A stretch of 64,000 nucleotides of DNA from Christensenellaceae bacterium. GTDB lineage: Bacteria > Bacillota > Clostridia > Christensenellales > Borkfalkiaceae. The translations under genes and the position numbers were made by a program. Below are positions 34,247 through 43,481 of this stretch, one piece after another; position 1 is the first letter of the stretch; every line of letters begins with the position of its first letter. The DNA lies in contig JAZRNF010000084.1 in NCBI GenBank assembly GCA_045648085.1, positions 489 through 64,488 of the forward strand, in the 5' to 3' direction. Under the pieces are notes generated by a model that was not told the origin of the DNA, made no database searches, and saw only the letters and a list, made by a program, of their open reading frames with translations.

Positions 34247-35040
34247 TAAAAAGGTTATTATCTATTTTTTATATTATTTTAGTTCTTGCGTTTATCTATA
34301 TACCAATCTTTTTACTTATCGTATATAGTTTTAACGACGGTAAAACAATAGGTGTATGGCAAGGTTTTTCTTTTAGATGGTATCAAAGAATAGGCTCTGT
34401 TAAAGACGTTGTATTTAACACTTTATTACTTGCTGTAATTTCGGCTACGATAGCAACTATACTTGGTACTTTAGGCGCATTAGGTATATTTTATAGTAAA
34501 GGTAAATTTGGTAAATATACTAATTTATCTTCGCAAATACCAGTGGTTAACTCAGAAGTTGTGACGGCGTGCGCTTTAGTAATGCTACTTATGTTATTAG
34601 GCAGTGCAAACAGGTCTATCGTAGGGTTATATATAGGTCATATTATATTGACAGTTCCTTTCGTAGTGTTATCCATTATGCCTAAATTAAAACAAATGGA
34701 CCCGTCTTTATACGAAGCGGCGTTAGACCTTGGCGACACTCCTTTCCAAGCGCTTAGAAAAGTTGTTATGCCACAAATATTAGCAGGCGTATTTACAGGC
34801 TTTATACTTGCAATAACACTTTCTCTTGACGACTATATTATAACAGCAACCTTATCTCCACTTGGTTATGACACGATAAGTACTGCGGTATATAAGTCAA
34901 TATCGTTAACTACTGAAGAAGCAAGTAAAGCAGTACCTATTTATAGGGCTCTTACTACTATAATTTTCTTAATTACCCTTATGGCGGTAATAATTATGAA
35001 CGTTTACTCAAATAAAGTAAACAAAGCACGCAAAAAATAA
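34243..35040 (+). CDS. potC: Spermidine/putrescine ABC transporter permease PotC
   Basis: Permease with EAALDLGDTP loop. It overlaps potB. Confidence 0.8.
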   Translation: MIKRLLSIFYIILVLAFIYIPIFLLIVYSFNDGKTIGVWQGFSFRWYQRIGSVKDVVFNTLLLAVISATIATILGTLGALGIFYSKGKFGKYTNLSSQIPVVNSEVVTACALVMLLMLLGSANRSIVGLYIGHIILTVPFVVLSIMPKLKQMDPSLYEAALDLGDTPFQALRKVVMPQILAGVFTGFILAITLSLDDYIITATLSPLGYDTISTAVYKSISLTTEEASKAVPIYRALTTIIFLITLMAVIIMNVYSNKVNKARKK

Positions 35041-35051
35041 AAGGGGGAAAT

Positions 35052-36518
35052 ATGAAAAAGTTTATTAGTTTATTATTTTCATTGACTCTTACTCTTTGTT
35101 TGATAGTTCCTAGCGTAAATGTAAATAGCGTTAGTGCTAAAGATAAAAACACGATAGTTATTTATAGTTGGGAAGATTATATTGACCTTGGTTATGGCGA
35201 AGAAGATTTAGAAGAATTATCCGACTATTTGTTAGATAATTACACCGAAGAAGAATTGCTTTCAAGCATAATTGATATTTTTATGGAAGAAAATCCTGAT
35301 ATAACCGTAGAATATCATACCTTTGCCACTAACGAAGAAATGTATAACGAACTAAAAAACAATCCAAACGGTCCTGACCTTATTTGTCCGTCTGAATACA
35401 TGATTATGAAAATGAAAGACGAAGGGCTTATAAAACCGTTTAGCGTTCCTAGTGAGTGGGCTGAAAACGGCTCGCCATATATTAAAAGCGTTTTTGAAAA
35501 CTTAGGCTTAGTTGACGGCGACAAAGTTTACGCTTGCGGATATATGTGGGGAACAATGGGTTATATTTATAATGCCGACGTCACTTCAGCCGATGAACTT
35601 AAAAATTGGGATAGCGTATTAAATCAAAAATTTAATGGTAGAATTACCATAAAAGACAGTATACGTGACACCTATATTATGGCTCTTGGCGCAATTTATA
35701 AAGATGAACTTTTAGCACTTGACAATACATCTTCGGACTATAATAAAAAATTATCGCAAATTTTTAATAGAACTGACGACGAAACTATTGAAAAAGTAGA
35801 AGAGTATTTAAAAAACTTAAAAAGCAAGTTATACGGCTTTGAAGTAGATAGCGGTAAAAGTGATTTATTAACAGGCAAAATTGATATAAACTTTGCTTGG
35901 AGTGGCGACGCTGTTTACTCTATTGACGAAGCGGAGTGGCAAGGCTTAAATTTAGAATACGTCGTTCCAGAAGAAGGCTCTAACGTATGGTTTGACGGTT
36001 TTGTTATGCCAACTAACGCTAATGAAGAACTCGCTACTAAGTTTTTAAACTTCGTGTCTAGAAAAGATAACGTTATAAGAAATATGGAATACATCGGCTA
36101 TACAAGTTGTATGGCGCAAGAAGAATTATTTTCTTATATTCAAGACAAGTACGAAGAAGATGACGGAGAAGAAGTGGTTAACATAGGCTATTTCTTTAAA
36201 GGTGCTAACTATGACGGCTTAGATTACGTTGTTAAAACAAGTAATTTAAACAAGCAATTTGCAACCCAATACCCTGATTACGACGTTATAAATAGATGTG
36301 CGGTAATGGCTAATTTTGACAATGATACGCTTGATAAAATAAATAAAATGTGGAATAACGTTAAGTTTATAACTTTTCCGTATTGGATAATTATCGTTAT
36401 AGTTTCAGTCGTTGTATTAGCGGTGTTAGCGTTTGTTATTTATAAGTTTAAAGATAAAATCTTTAAAAGGGTAAACACTAAAAAACTAAAACTTATTAGC
36501 AAAGAAAAAATTATATAA
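35052..36518 (+). CDS. potD: PotD-like polyamine-binding protein with acidic insertions and a C-terminal TM anchor
   Basis: Signal peptide and an SBP_bac_8-like core (VIYSWEDY...). A hydrophobic helix FPYWIIIVIVSVVVLAVLAFVIY sits near the C-terminus. Confidence 0.75.
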   Translation: MKKFISLLFSLTLTLCLIVPSVNVNSVSAKDKNTIVIYSWEDYIDLGYGEEDLEELSDYLLDNYTEEELLSSIIDIFMEENPDITVEYHTFATNEEMYNELKNNPNGPDLICPSEYMIMKMKDEGLIKPFSVPSEWAENGSPYIKSVFENLGLVDGDKVYACGYMWGTMGYIYNADVTSADELKNWDSVLNQKFNGRITIKDSIRDTYIMALGAIYKDELLALDNTSSDYNKKLSQIFNRTDDETIEKVEEYLKNLKSKLYGFEVDSGKSDLLTGKIDINFAWSGDAVYSIDEAEWQGLNLEYVVPEEGSNVWFDGFVMPTNANEELATKFLNFVSRKDNVIRNMEYIGYTSCMAQEELFSYIQDKYEEDDGEEVVNIGYFFKGANYDGLDYVVKTSNLNKQFATQYPDYDVINRCAVMANFDNDTLDKINKMWNNVKFITFPYWIIIVIVSVVVLAVLAFVIYKFKDKIFKRVNTKKLKLISKEKII

Positions 36519-36521
36519 TTT

Positions 36522-36552
36522 AAACGCTCTACGTTTGTAGAGCGTTTTTAAT
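36522..36552. terminator. Bidirectional terminator between potD and the convergent DUF204 gene
   Basis: Stem aaacgctcta / tagagcgttt (36522-36531 / 36538-36547). Confidence 0.75.
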
Positions 36553-36554
36553 TT

Positions 36555-37097
36555 TTAAAAAGTTATAATTTTATATACGCCTAGTAAAAGGAGTATTATT
36601 TGAGAAACAATTTGGTATTTACTTATCTTTTTTATTATTTTATTGCAAGTTATAAGTATTGATAAGTTTATAAGTAATAGGTGCAGTAAGGTCACTAAAA
36701 CGGCAACAAAAAGTCTATTTCCGTAAACTAGGGTAATAGAAAAACAGCCTACACCGCCGTCTAAACCTATTGCTAAACCTAGAACTATACTTTCAATAAA
36801 AACGCTAAAAGAATTGCTATCAAGGTCTGTTATTTTATCAAATCTATCTTTTTTAAAAAAACCTAAAAATGCAATAAAAATTAAAATATATCCACTAATT
36901 AGTTGTGAGACGGTAAGAAAGTTTTTTCCTACGCTCTCTCCAAAAAAACTGCCTAATAAACAAAGGGTAAATACGGACAAAATTATTCCTAAAGTAAAAG
37001 TGAAGCGCTCGTTAGTTTTCAAGCGCGTTGATAGACCGCAAAAAAAGGAGTCTAAACTAACGACAATAGCCGTTGTAAAAAGTGTAAAATTGTTCAT
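36555..37097 (-). CDS. DUF204-family membrane protein (YtaF-like sporulation membrane protein / MntP family)
   Basis: AIVVSLDSFFCGLS resembles the YtaF/MntP DUF204 motif. About 6 TM helices, 180 aa. Confidence 0.55.
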   Translation of the reverse strand: MNNFTLFTTAIVVSLDSFFCGLSTRLKTNERFTFTLGIILSVFTLCLLGSFFGESVGKNFLTVSQLISGYILIFIAFLGFFKKDRFDKITDLDSNSFSVFIESIVLGLAIGLDGGVGCFSITLVYGNRLFVAVLVTLLHLLLINLSILITCNKIIKKISKYQIVSQIILLLLGVYKIITF

Positions 37098-37285
37098 AAA
37101 AAGCCCATTTACTTATATTATTCTAAAAATAAGCAATAAGTGACTTAAAGTTAAAGTATTTTAGCATTTTTTGAGTGTTAGTTATTGACAAAATATCTAA
37201 ATAATAGTAAAATAATAAAGTATAATGATAATAGTGGGTTATAGTATATAATTTTAGTCTATAATCTATGATATAGGAGACAACA

Positions 37286-38680
37286 ATGATATCTAAAGGC
37301 GTTAAAAAACTAATCGTATTCGTATTGTGCGCTATTTTCGTCGTGCCATTTATTAACTTTACAGTTAATACGGCAAAGGCTAGTAAAACTATAAAGGCAT
37401 TTAAAGGTGCTGAAATTGCTATTGACCTTGGTGATGATTTAAAAAATTCTTCATCTTCTAACTTGACTATTAAAGTAGGCGATACTGAAATTTATAAAAG
37501 CGGTAGCGCGGTTGCTAATAGCGATTATCTAGTTAGCGTTTCAACTAGCAATGGTAAAAAGTATGCAAATATAACTTTCTTTAAAAATGGAACGTATGCG
37601 GTTAACGTAAAAGATTCGTCTATAGATAAAGAAAAAAATGCAACGGTAGAAGTTGGCGATACTGAAGCATATATTACTTTAAAATATAAATCTTTTGAAG
37701 GCGACGCAGGGCAAAATCTTATTAGTGAATATAAGAAATTGATTGAAGAAAATACTGAAGAAGTGTTTATCGCAGGCGATAGCAGTTTTACAGTTCCTGA
37801 AATTTCTTCGCTTATTGAAACTAACTTCCCATACGGCAGTGTAAGAAAAACCGTTTACTATTACGCATCTGGTGAAACTTCTAGCAAAAACACTTATGCT
37901 TCAAAAGCAGACCTTAAATTTTCAATTTCTACTTACGGTACTTATAGATTTTACGTTTTAGCAAACATTGAAAAACACAACTTAAATATTGATGGTGGCA
38001 TCACTATGAAAGTTGACGGTCTTAAAGAAGAAAAAGACGGTTTTTATAGATATTACGACGCAGAAAATAACGAAGTTTATTACAATAAAGGCGACAATAA
38101 GTTCTATAAAATAGACAATAATAATAACAATGGTTATTCTGGAGACCCATTAACGATTGACGAAACTAAAAAATCTTTAATAGTTCCTGTATTTGAGTTT
38201 ACTGTACAAAGCCAATTACCAACTATTAAAATTGATTCAACTTACCAAGAAAACGGCTACGTTGGTTTAAAATATAAAGTGACTGGTGTGACAATCAACG
38301 GCGATACTACGTCTGAAAAGTATGAACTTTTATACTCTACTGAAAAGTCTTTAGACGGCAAGTACGATAATTTTACTTTAGCGGAAGAAGAGTTTGATAG
38401 TAGCGCGTTTACCTTCACTCCAACAAAAATGGGTTATTACGTTGTTAGGGTGACTGCTTATAGTGTTGATGGTGTTAATAAAGCATACACTCCACAAATT
38501 GAAGTAAACGAAAAATATGAGCAAGTTAAGTACAAAGTAAGTTTTTCTGACTGGCTTGACGTAAACCTTTTACCATTTATATTATTCTGCATATCTGGTG
38601 CTTGTTTAGTGACTATAATCTTATTATTAACTATTAAGCCAAAGGAAAAGGCTTCAACAAAGGTAGAAGAAGATAAATAA
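37286..38680 (+). CDS. Hypothetical surface protein: signal peptide, beta-rich ectodomain, C-terminal TM anchor
   Basis: N-terminal hydrophobic signal, a C-terminal helix LLPFILFCISGACLVTIILLL plus a KE-rich tail, and no motif I recognise. Confidence 0.6.
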   Translation: MISKGVKKLIVFVLCAIFVVPFINFTVNTAKASKTIKAFKGAEIAIDLGDDLKNSSSSNLTIKVGDTEIYKSGSAVANSDYLVSVSTSNGKKYANITFFKNGTYAVNVKDSSIDKEKNATVEVGDTEAYITLKYKSFEGDAGQNLISEYKKLIEENTEEVFIAGDSSFTVPEISSLIETNFPYGSVRKTVYYYASGETSSKNTYASKADLKFSISTYGTYRFYVLANIEKHNLNIDGGITMKVDGLKEEKDGFYRYYDAENNEVYYNKGDNKFYKIDNNNNNGYSGDPLTIDETKKSLIVPVFEFTVQSQLPTIKIDSTYQENGYVGLKYKVTGVTINGDTTSEKYELLYSTEKSLDGKYDNFTLAEEEFDSSAFTFTPTKMGYYVVRVTAYSVDGVNKAYTPQIEVNEKYEQVKYKVSFSDWLDVNLLPFILFCISGACLVTIILLLTIKPKEKASTKVEEDK

Positions 38681-38690
38681 TTAAAAAGAT

Positions 38691-38722
38691 AAAAAGTGCA
38701 ACTACGCGTTGCACTTTTTTGT
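38691..38722 (+). terminator. Terminator of the hypothetical surface protein gene
   Basis: Stem aaaagtgcaac / gttgcactttt followed by a T-run. Confidence 0.8.
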
Positions 38723-38825
38723 TTAGTCTTTGCCACGATAACGATTGATAACGTTGCAACCGATAGGCTATGTTGCTCTTATAAGACAATGCCGAACTTG
38801 TTTTTTGTTAAATTCACTCAAACGA

Positions 38826-38854
38826 TTGATTTTAACTAATAAAAATTATATAAT
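38826..38854 (+). promoter_or_regulatory. Promoter (TTGATT, 17 nt, TATAAT) ending 6 nt before ATG 38861
   Basis: -35 at 38826-38831 and -10 at 38849-38854. There is no G at all in the 32 nt before the ATG, so an SD is not possible. Confidence 0.55.
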
Positions 38855-38860
38855 TATAAT

Positions 38861-39679
38861 ATGAAAATTTTTAAAGTAGATAAACCTATAAAACTAAGCA
38901 AGTTTTTAAACGAAGTTTACGGGGCGGGACTTCCGTATTCGTCGTATAAAAAACTGCTTAGAAACAAAGATATTAAAATAAATGGTATAAGGATTAATAA
39001 AGACGTTGACTTAATTGTAGGCGACGACGTTGTAGTATATTTTGACGGTACTAAAAAAACGTTAGACATTATATATAACGATGATAACCTTATAATTTTA
39101 AACAAGCCTAGCGGAATAACTACCGAAGATTTTTATGCCGAAGTTCAAAAAACTTATAGCAGTGCTATAATGGTTCATAGGTTAGATAGGAATACTAGCG
39201 GGCTTATTATTTTTGCTCTTAATAATGATAGCGAGTTAGAACTTTTAAAAGCCTTTAAAAAAAGGTCGCTAGAAAAATTCTACGTGGCAGAAATACACGG
39301 TTTTTTTGAAAAGGAAAGTGGAGTATTAAAAGACTACTTATTTAAAGATAGTGACAAGGCGTTAGTTAAAGTATTAAGTCAAAAGTTAAAAGGCTCGGTA
39401 GAAATTATAACTGAGTACGAAACTATATTAAAAAAAGAAACTACGTCAATATTAAAAATAAAACTTATAACGGGTAAAACACATCAAATAAGGGCTCATT
39501 TAGCCTATTATAACCACTTTATTATTGGCGACGGTAAATACGGTGTAAACGACGTAAACAAGCAATTTAAAGCCAAATATCAACGCCTATGTTCAAGCCA
39601 AGTAAACTTTATAAGTATTGGTGGTTGTTTAAGTTATTTAAACGGCAAAACGTTCAAACTAAATAAAATACCGTTTTAA
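38861..39679 (+). CDS. RluA-family pseudouridine synthase with an S4-like N-terminus
   Basis: Catalytic motif HRLDRNTSGL and GKTHQIRAH. Confidence 0.85.
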   Translation: MKIFKVDKPIKLSKFLNEVYGAGLPYSSYKKLLRNKDIKINGIRINKDVDLIVGDDVVVYFDGTKKTLDIIYNDDNLIILNKPSGITTEDFYAEVQKTYSSAIMVHRLDRNTSGLIIFALNNDSELELLKAFKKRSLEKFYVAEIHGFFEKESGVLKDYLFKDSDKALVKVLSQKLKGSVEIITEYETILKKETTSILKIKLITGKTHQIRAHLAYYNHFIIGDGKYGVNDVNKQFKAKYQRLCSSQVNFISIGGCLSYLNGKTFKLNKIPF

Positions 39680-39708
39680 AGGAATTAAACTACTTAATTC
39701 CTTTTTTT
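39680..39708 (+). terminator. Terminator
   Basis: Stem aggaattaa / ttaattcct followed by a T-run. Confidence 0.8.
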
Positions 39709-39770
39709 ATGACAAAAAATATATAATTACGCTATTATGATTTTGCTACAATTAACGCTAGAGGTGGCGT

Positions 39771-40550
39771 ATGGCAAAAAAAATTGTAATAACATCGGGT
39801 AAAGGCGGGGTTGGAAAAACTACCGTCACTGCAAATTTAGGTTTAACTTTAGCAAAAAGTGGGTATAGAGTAATGCTTATAGACGGCGATATGGGGCTTA
39901 ATAATTTAGACGTGATAACGCTAGTTGACGACCTTATAGTTTACGACCTTATTGACGTTTTAAACGGTAAATGTAGGGCAAAGCAAGCGCTTATACAAAG
40001 CCCTGTTAGTAAAAATTTATACGTTATGCCGTGTATTCACTCTTTATCTCAAACGGAAATCACAAGCAGTAGGCTTAAAACCGAAATTGACAATCTAGAT
40101 AATTTATTTGATTATATTTTAATAGATTGTCCTGCGGGTATAGAACTTGGCTTTCATAGGGCGGTATCTCTTGCTGACGAAAGTATAGTAGTAGTCACCC
40201 CAAACGTTGCAAGCGTAAGAGACGCCGATAAGGTTATAACAATACTTAAAAGTTATAAATTAAACTCTGTAAAAATTGTTGTAAATAGAATTCGTGGCGA
40301 CTTAATAATGTCTAACGAAATGTATTCGCCTAAAGATATTGAGACCACTTTAAACGTAGAACTATTAGGTATAATACCCGATGACGACGAATTTTTAAAA
40401 GGATTAGTTGATATTCCAAGCGAAGCCGAAAAGGCTATAAGGTTAATAGGTAAAAGCATTTTAGGGAAAAGCGCAAAACAATACGATTATTTAAGAAAAT
40501 ATCAAGGTTTTTTCGGCAGTATTAGAAGGGAGATTAAAAAGAGAATATGA
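39771..40550 (+). CDS. minD: Septum site-determining ATPase MinD
   Basis: Deviant Walker A SGKGGVGKTT and a C-terminal amphipathic helix. Confidence 0.88.
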   Translation: MAKKIVITSGKGGVGKTTVTANLGLTLAKSGYRVMLIDGDMGLNNLDVITLVDDLIVYDLIDVLNGKCRAKQALIQSPVSKNLYVMPCIHSLSQTEITSSRLKTEIDNLDNLFDYILIDCPAGIELGFHRAVSLADESIVVVTPNVASVRDADKVITILKSYKLNSVKIVVNRIRGDLIMSNEMYSPKDIETTLNVELLGIIPDDDEFLKGLVDIPSEAEKAIRLIGKSILGKSAKQYDYLRKYQGFFGSIRREIKKRI

Positions 40551-40774
40551 AAGGCAAAAAAAATAGGCTTATGAGTGTTATTGAAAGAGATAGGCTATTT
40601 ATTAGTAGTGAAACATCGTCAATTATCGTATACGATTTAAAAAATTTATTAAATAATTATTTTAACGTAGAAGGTGAAGTTTATTTAGACGTAAAGGCGG
40701 AAAATAACGTATATAATATAAATATTGAAGCAAAGGCTTTAGGAATAAAAACTTTTAACGTATTAAAAAATTAA
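40547..40774 (+). CDS. minE: Cell division topological specificity factor MinE (likely)
   Basis: Position right after and overlapping minD, 75 aa, with an ERDRL...YF.VEGEV pattern. Confidence 0.65.
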   Translation: MKGKKNRLMSVIERDRLFISSETSSIIVYDLKNLLNNYFNVEGEVYLDVKAENNVYNINIEAKALGIKTFNVLKN

Positions 40775-40821
40775 CTTGAAAATATAACTATAATATGCTA
40801 AAATATTATGGGGGTTATATT

Positions 40822-41331
40822 ATGGAATTTGAAAAAGTAATTACTACTAGATTTTCTGCACGTGATTATTCTAGTAAAAAAGTTGAACAAGAAAAAATTG
40901 ATAAAATTTTAAAGGCAGGCTTACTTGCGCCTACTGCAAAAAATACTCAATGCCAAAAAATATACGTTATTAAAAGTGACGAAGCGCTAAAAAAATTAAA
41001 CGAAATAAATTTTACTTTTAACGCTCCACTCGTATTTTTAGTATGTGGCGATAAAAACAGAGAATGCCCAAGGGCGTATAGAGAAGGAAGTTTAATGGAA
41101 ACTGACCTTGCTATCGTTCAAACACATATGATGCTTGAAGCAACTAATTTAGGTCTAGGTAGTTGTTGGGTTTGTTATTTTAATGAAGAAAAGGTGGCAA
41201 AAGCCTTTAACGTACCTGATAATGAAATACCTTATAACTTATTACTTGTTGGTTATCCTACCGATACTTGCGTACCGTCAGTTAGACATAGCCAATCGCG
41301 CACATTAGAAGACACTATTATCTATAAATAA
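40822..41331 (+). CDS. Nitroreductase-family protein
   Basis: TRFSARDYS and PTAKNTQ motifs. SD tggggg precedes ATG 40822. The ORF-track ATG at 40795 lies in the -10 region. Confidence 0.8.
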   Translation: MEFEKVITTRFSARDYSSKKVEQEKIDKILKAGLLAPTAKNTQCQKIYVIKSDEALKKLNEINFTFNAPLVFLVCGDKNRECPRAYREGSLMETDLAIVQTHMMLEATNLGLGSCWVCYFNEEKVAKAFNVPDNEIPYNLLLVGYPTDTCVPSVRHSQSRTLEDTIIYK

Positions 41332-41337
41332 TAAAAA

Positions 41338-41367
41338 AATCACACTTATCTAAAAGTGTGATTTTTT
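41338..41367. terminator. Bidirectional terminator
   Basis: Stem aatcacactt / aagtgtgatt flanked by A- and T-runs. Confidence 0.8.
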
Positions 41368-41377
41368 AATTTTTAAA

Positions 41378-41674
41378 TTATTTTTCTTCTTGTGCTTCTT
41401 CATAAAGCCTGTCGTATTCTTTAAAAACTGCGTCAACGATATCGTCGTCAAGTTCAACGGTAAAATTAGTATCGCCGTTTTTAGTTTCTTCAACTTTAAA
41501 AACGATAGCAGAATCTTCGTCCATACCCTCTAAAAGTTCAACAGGTTGAGCAATTACGTAGTAATTTTCATCGTAATATATATCAGCAATCTCAATAAAG
41601 TCAATTTCAGTGCCGTCAGCGGCAACCATTGTTATTATATCGTCATCTTCAAATTGGTATTCTTTCTTATCCAT
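41378..41674 (-). CDS. DUF1292-family small acidic protein
   Basis: The pattern ITMVAADGTEIDFIEIADIYYDENYYVIAQP is typical of DUF1292. Confidence 0.7.
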   Translation of the reverse strand: MDKKEYQFEDDDIITMVAADGTEIDFIEIADIYYDENYYVIAQPVELLEGMDEDSAIVFKVEETKNGDTNFTVELDDDIVDAVFKEYDRLYEEAQEEK

Positions 41675-41728
41675 AATAATCTCCTTTTATTATAATGTAC
41701 CAAATATATTTTAAAAAGTCAATAGTTT

Positions 41729-42460
41729 TTACTTTTTGTTGCCTAAAAGACTTTTTTTAAAGAGTATTACCGACAATACTATTGCTATTAAAGTATATAC
41801 AAAATAGATAACTAAGGCTGATAAAATGCTTGTATAGTTAGATAATAATACTGACTTTAATAATTCTAGTGAAGACTTGAACGGTAAAGCGTTGCAAATA
41901 AAATTAAAAAATCCGCCTACTAAATCACTAGAAAAATACATACCGCTAGTAAACGCAACAAGTTGTACCACAACGCTAGATAAACCTGAAGATGATTTAC
42001 TGCTAGTTATAGAGCCTATCAATATTCCTAAAAAGATATATAACGTAGCAACGAAAAGGCTAGCAATAGTGCAAAGTATAACGTTTATAGAAAAACTAAG
42101 CCCAAGTGGTATGGCAACTAAAAAGAATAAAGCCGATTGCAGTAAGGCTAAAGGTAAAAGTGAAAAATAATACCCTAAAATATAATGATACGGTTTCATA
42201 GGGCTAGCAGTTAATCTTAGTAGTAATGACGACGACCTATCTTCCGCAACTAATAATGCCGAAAACATTGTTAAAAATGCAAAGCCAAAAATTATAATCC
42301 CCGGTGTAAAATTTTCTAGTTTATACGCGTCGTTAGGAATTTTAAATTGCGTAAAAATCCATAGCAAAAATATAGGTAATATTATTGCAAATATCCAACT
42401 TAAATAATCACGCAAAAGTTCTTTTAAATTTCTTTTAGTAAAATTAAATATCATATTCAT
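41729..42460 (-). CDS. ABC-2-type exporter permease
   Basis: Six TM helices. Its ATG overlaps the TGA of the upstream ATPase gene (ATGA), with SD gggggaa. Confidence 0.75.
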   Translation of the reverse strand: MNMIFNFTKRNLKELLRDYLSWIFAIILPIFLLWIFTQFKIPNDAYKLENFTPGIIIFGFAFLTMFSALLVAEDRSSSLLLRLTASPMKPYHYILGYYFSLLPLALLQSALFFLVAIPLGLSFSINVILCTIASLFVATLYIFLGILIGSITSSKSSSGLSSVVVQLVAFTSGMYFSSDLVGGFFNFICNALPFKSSLELLKSVLLSNYTSILSALVIYFVYTLIAIVLSVILFKKSLLGNKK

Positions 42461-43170
42461 AAAGATTCCCCCGTACATAGTTTAACGAAAGCGTCTTCAA
42501 AAGTAGTGGCGTTAGCACTTTTAATTATTTCTTGCGCCGTTCCTACGATTTTTAATTTACCGTTTTGAAGTATGCCTATTTTAGAAGATAATTTTTCTGC
42601 TTCTTCCATATAATGAGTGGTTAAAATAATAGTCGTTTTACCCTTTAGTGAAGATATTATCTTCCATAACTCAATTCTAGACAATACGTCAAGCCCTAAA
42701 GTGGGTTCGTCTAAAAATAAAATTTTAGGCTCGTTTGCAAGTGCCATTGCAATAGAAAGCCTTCTTTTATATCCGCCAGACAAGGTTTTTGCCCTTTTAT
42801 TTCTGTATTCTTCTAAACTAAACAAGGTTATAAGTTCGTTTATTTTTTGAGTTTTATTTTTTATTCCGTAAACGCCTAAAATAAAACTTAAATTTTCTTC
42901 AACCGTTAAATTTAGTGCAATAGCACTTTCTTGTGGCGATATGTTCATGCGTTCTTTTATGCTACTGTCTTTAAAAGGGTTTATATTGTCAATTAAAATT
43001 TCGCCAGACGTAGGTTTTATAAGTGTAGTCAACATTTTAATAGTAGTCGTTTTACCAGCACCGTTAACGCCAAGAAGTGAGAATAATTCACCGCTTTGTA
43101 TTTCTAAATTAAGGTTATCAACAACGGTTTTGTCATCGTATTTTTTTGTTAGGTTAATAGTCTTAATCAT
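42457..43170 (-). CDS. ABC transporter ATP-binding protein (ABC-2/DrrA-like)
   Basis: Walker A GVNGAGKTT, LSGGYKRRL and Walker B LFLDEP. Confidence 0.88.
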   Translation of the reverse strand: MIKTINLTKKYDDKTVVDNLNLEIQSGELFSLLGVNGAGKTTTIKMLTTLIKPTSGEILIDNINPFKDSSIKERMNISPQESAIALNLTVEENLSFILGVYGIKNKTQKINELITLFSLEEYRNKRAKTLSGGYKRRLSIAMALANEPKILFLDEPTLGLDVLSRIELWKIISSLKGKTTIILTTHYMEEAEKLSSKIGILQNGKLKIVGTAQEIIKSANATTFEDAFVKLCTGESL

Positions 43171-43173
43171 TTA

Positions 43174-43368
43174 TTAATTATCTCCTAAAATCTTATCCGA
43201 CAAGTCGGTTAAAAAATCACTTTTTATAATGGCTATGCCTTTTTTAGAATCGCACAAAATAATCACGCTATCGCCAGGCTTTATATCAAACATTTCTCTA
43301 GCATCTTTTGGGATAACTATTTGCCCCTTTTCGCCAACCTTACAAACTCCAACAAGTTTATCTTTCAT
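43174..43368 (-). CDS. AbrB/MazE/SpoVT-family DNA-binding protein
   Basis: SpoVT-AbrB swapped-hairpin motif (KGQIVIPKDAREMFDIKPGD). SD aaggggga precedes the ATG at 43368. Confidence 0.8.
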   Translation of the reverse strand: MKDKLVGVCKVGEKGQIVIPKDAREMFDIKPGDSVIILCDSKKGIAIIKSDFLTDLSDKILGDN

Positions 43369-43446
43369 AAATCCCCCTTTAGTATTACAAGTTATACTTT
43401 TCATACTAATTATACCAAAAGGAGAACGTTAAGTCAATCTTTTTAC

Positions 43447-43475
43447 TTTACAAAACTGAAAGATAAATGTATAAT
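43447..43475 (+). promoter_or_regulatory. Promoter (TTTACA, 17 nt, TATAAT) ending 6 nt before ATG 43482
   Basis: -35 at 43447-43452 and -10 at 43470-43475. Confidence 0.5.
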
Positions 43476-43481
43476 ATTTAT

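Noticed and set aside
37098-37285. Possible yybP-ykoY manganese riboswitch upstream of the DUF204 (MntP/YtaF-like) gene.
   Set aside because: No conserved GGGGAGTAG-type core or four-way junction is visible on the minus strand. The leader is short and AT-rich, and the SLDSF motif fits YtaF better than MntP.
38722-38826. Repeated aacgattgat motifs (38738 and 38821), GATAACG repeats and the palindrome gttgcaac in the gap upstream of the rluA-family gene. These could be a small RNA or operator sites.
   Set aside because: I could not fold a convincing hairpin or terminator, or find an ORF. The second motif copy coincides with the -35 of the rluA promoter. The evidence is insufficient.
39771-40774. 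minD-minE without an adjacent minC, and der-plsY followed by spoIVA without gpsA in between (46093-46894).
   Set aside because: These are synteny differences only. The missing genes may simply lie elsewhere in the genome, which cannot be evaluated from this window.
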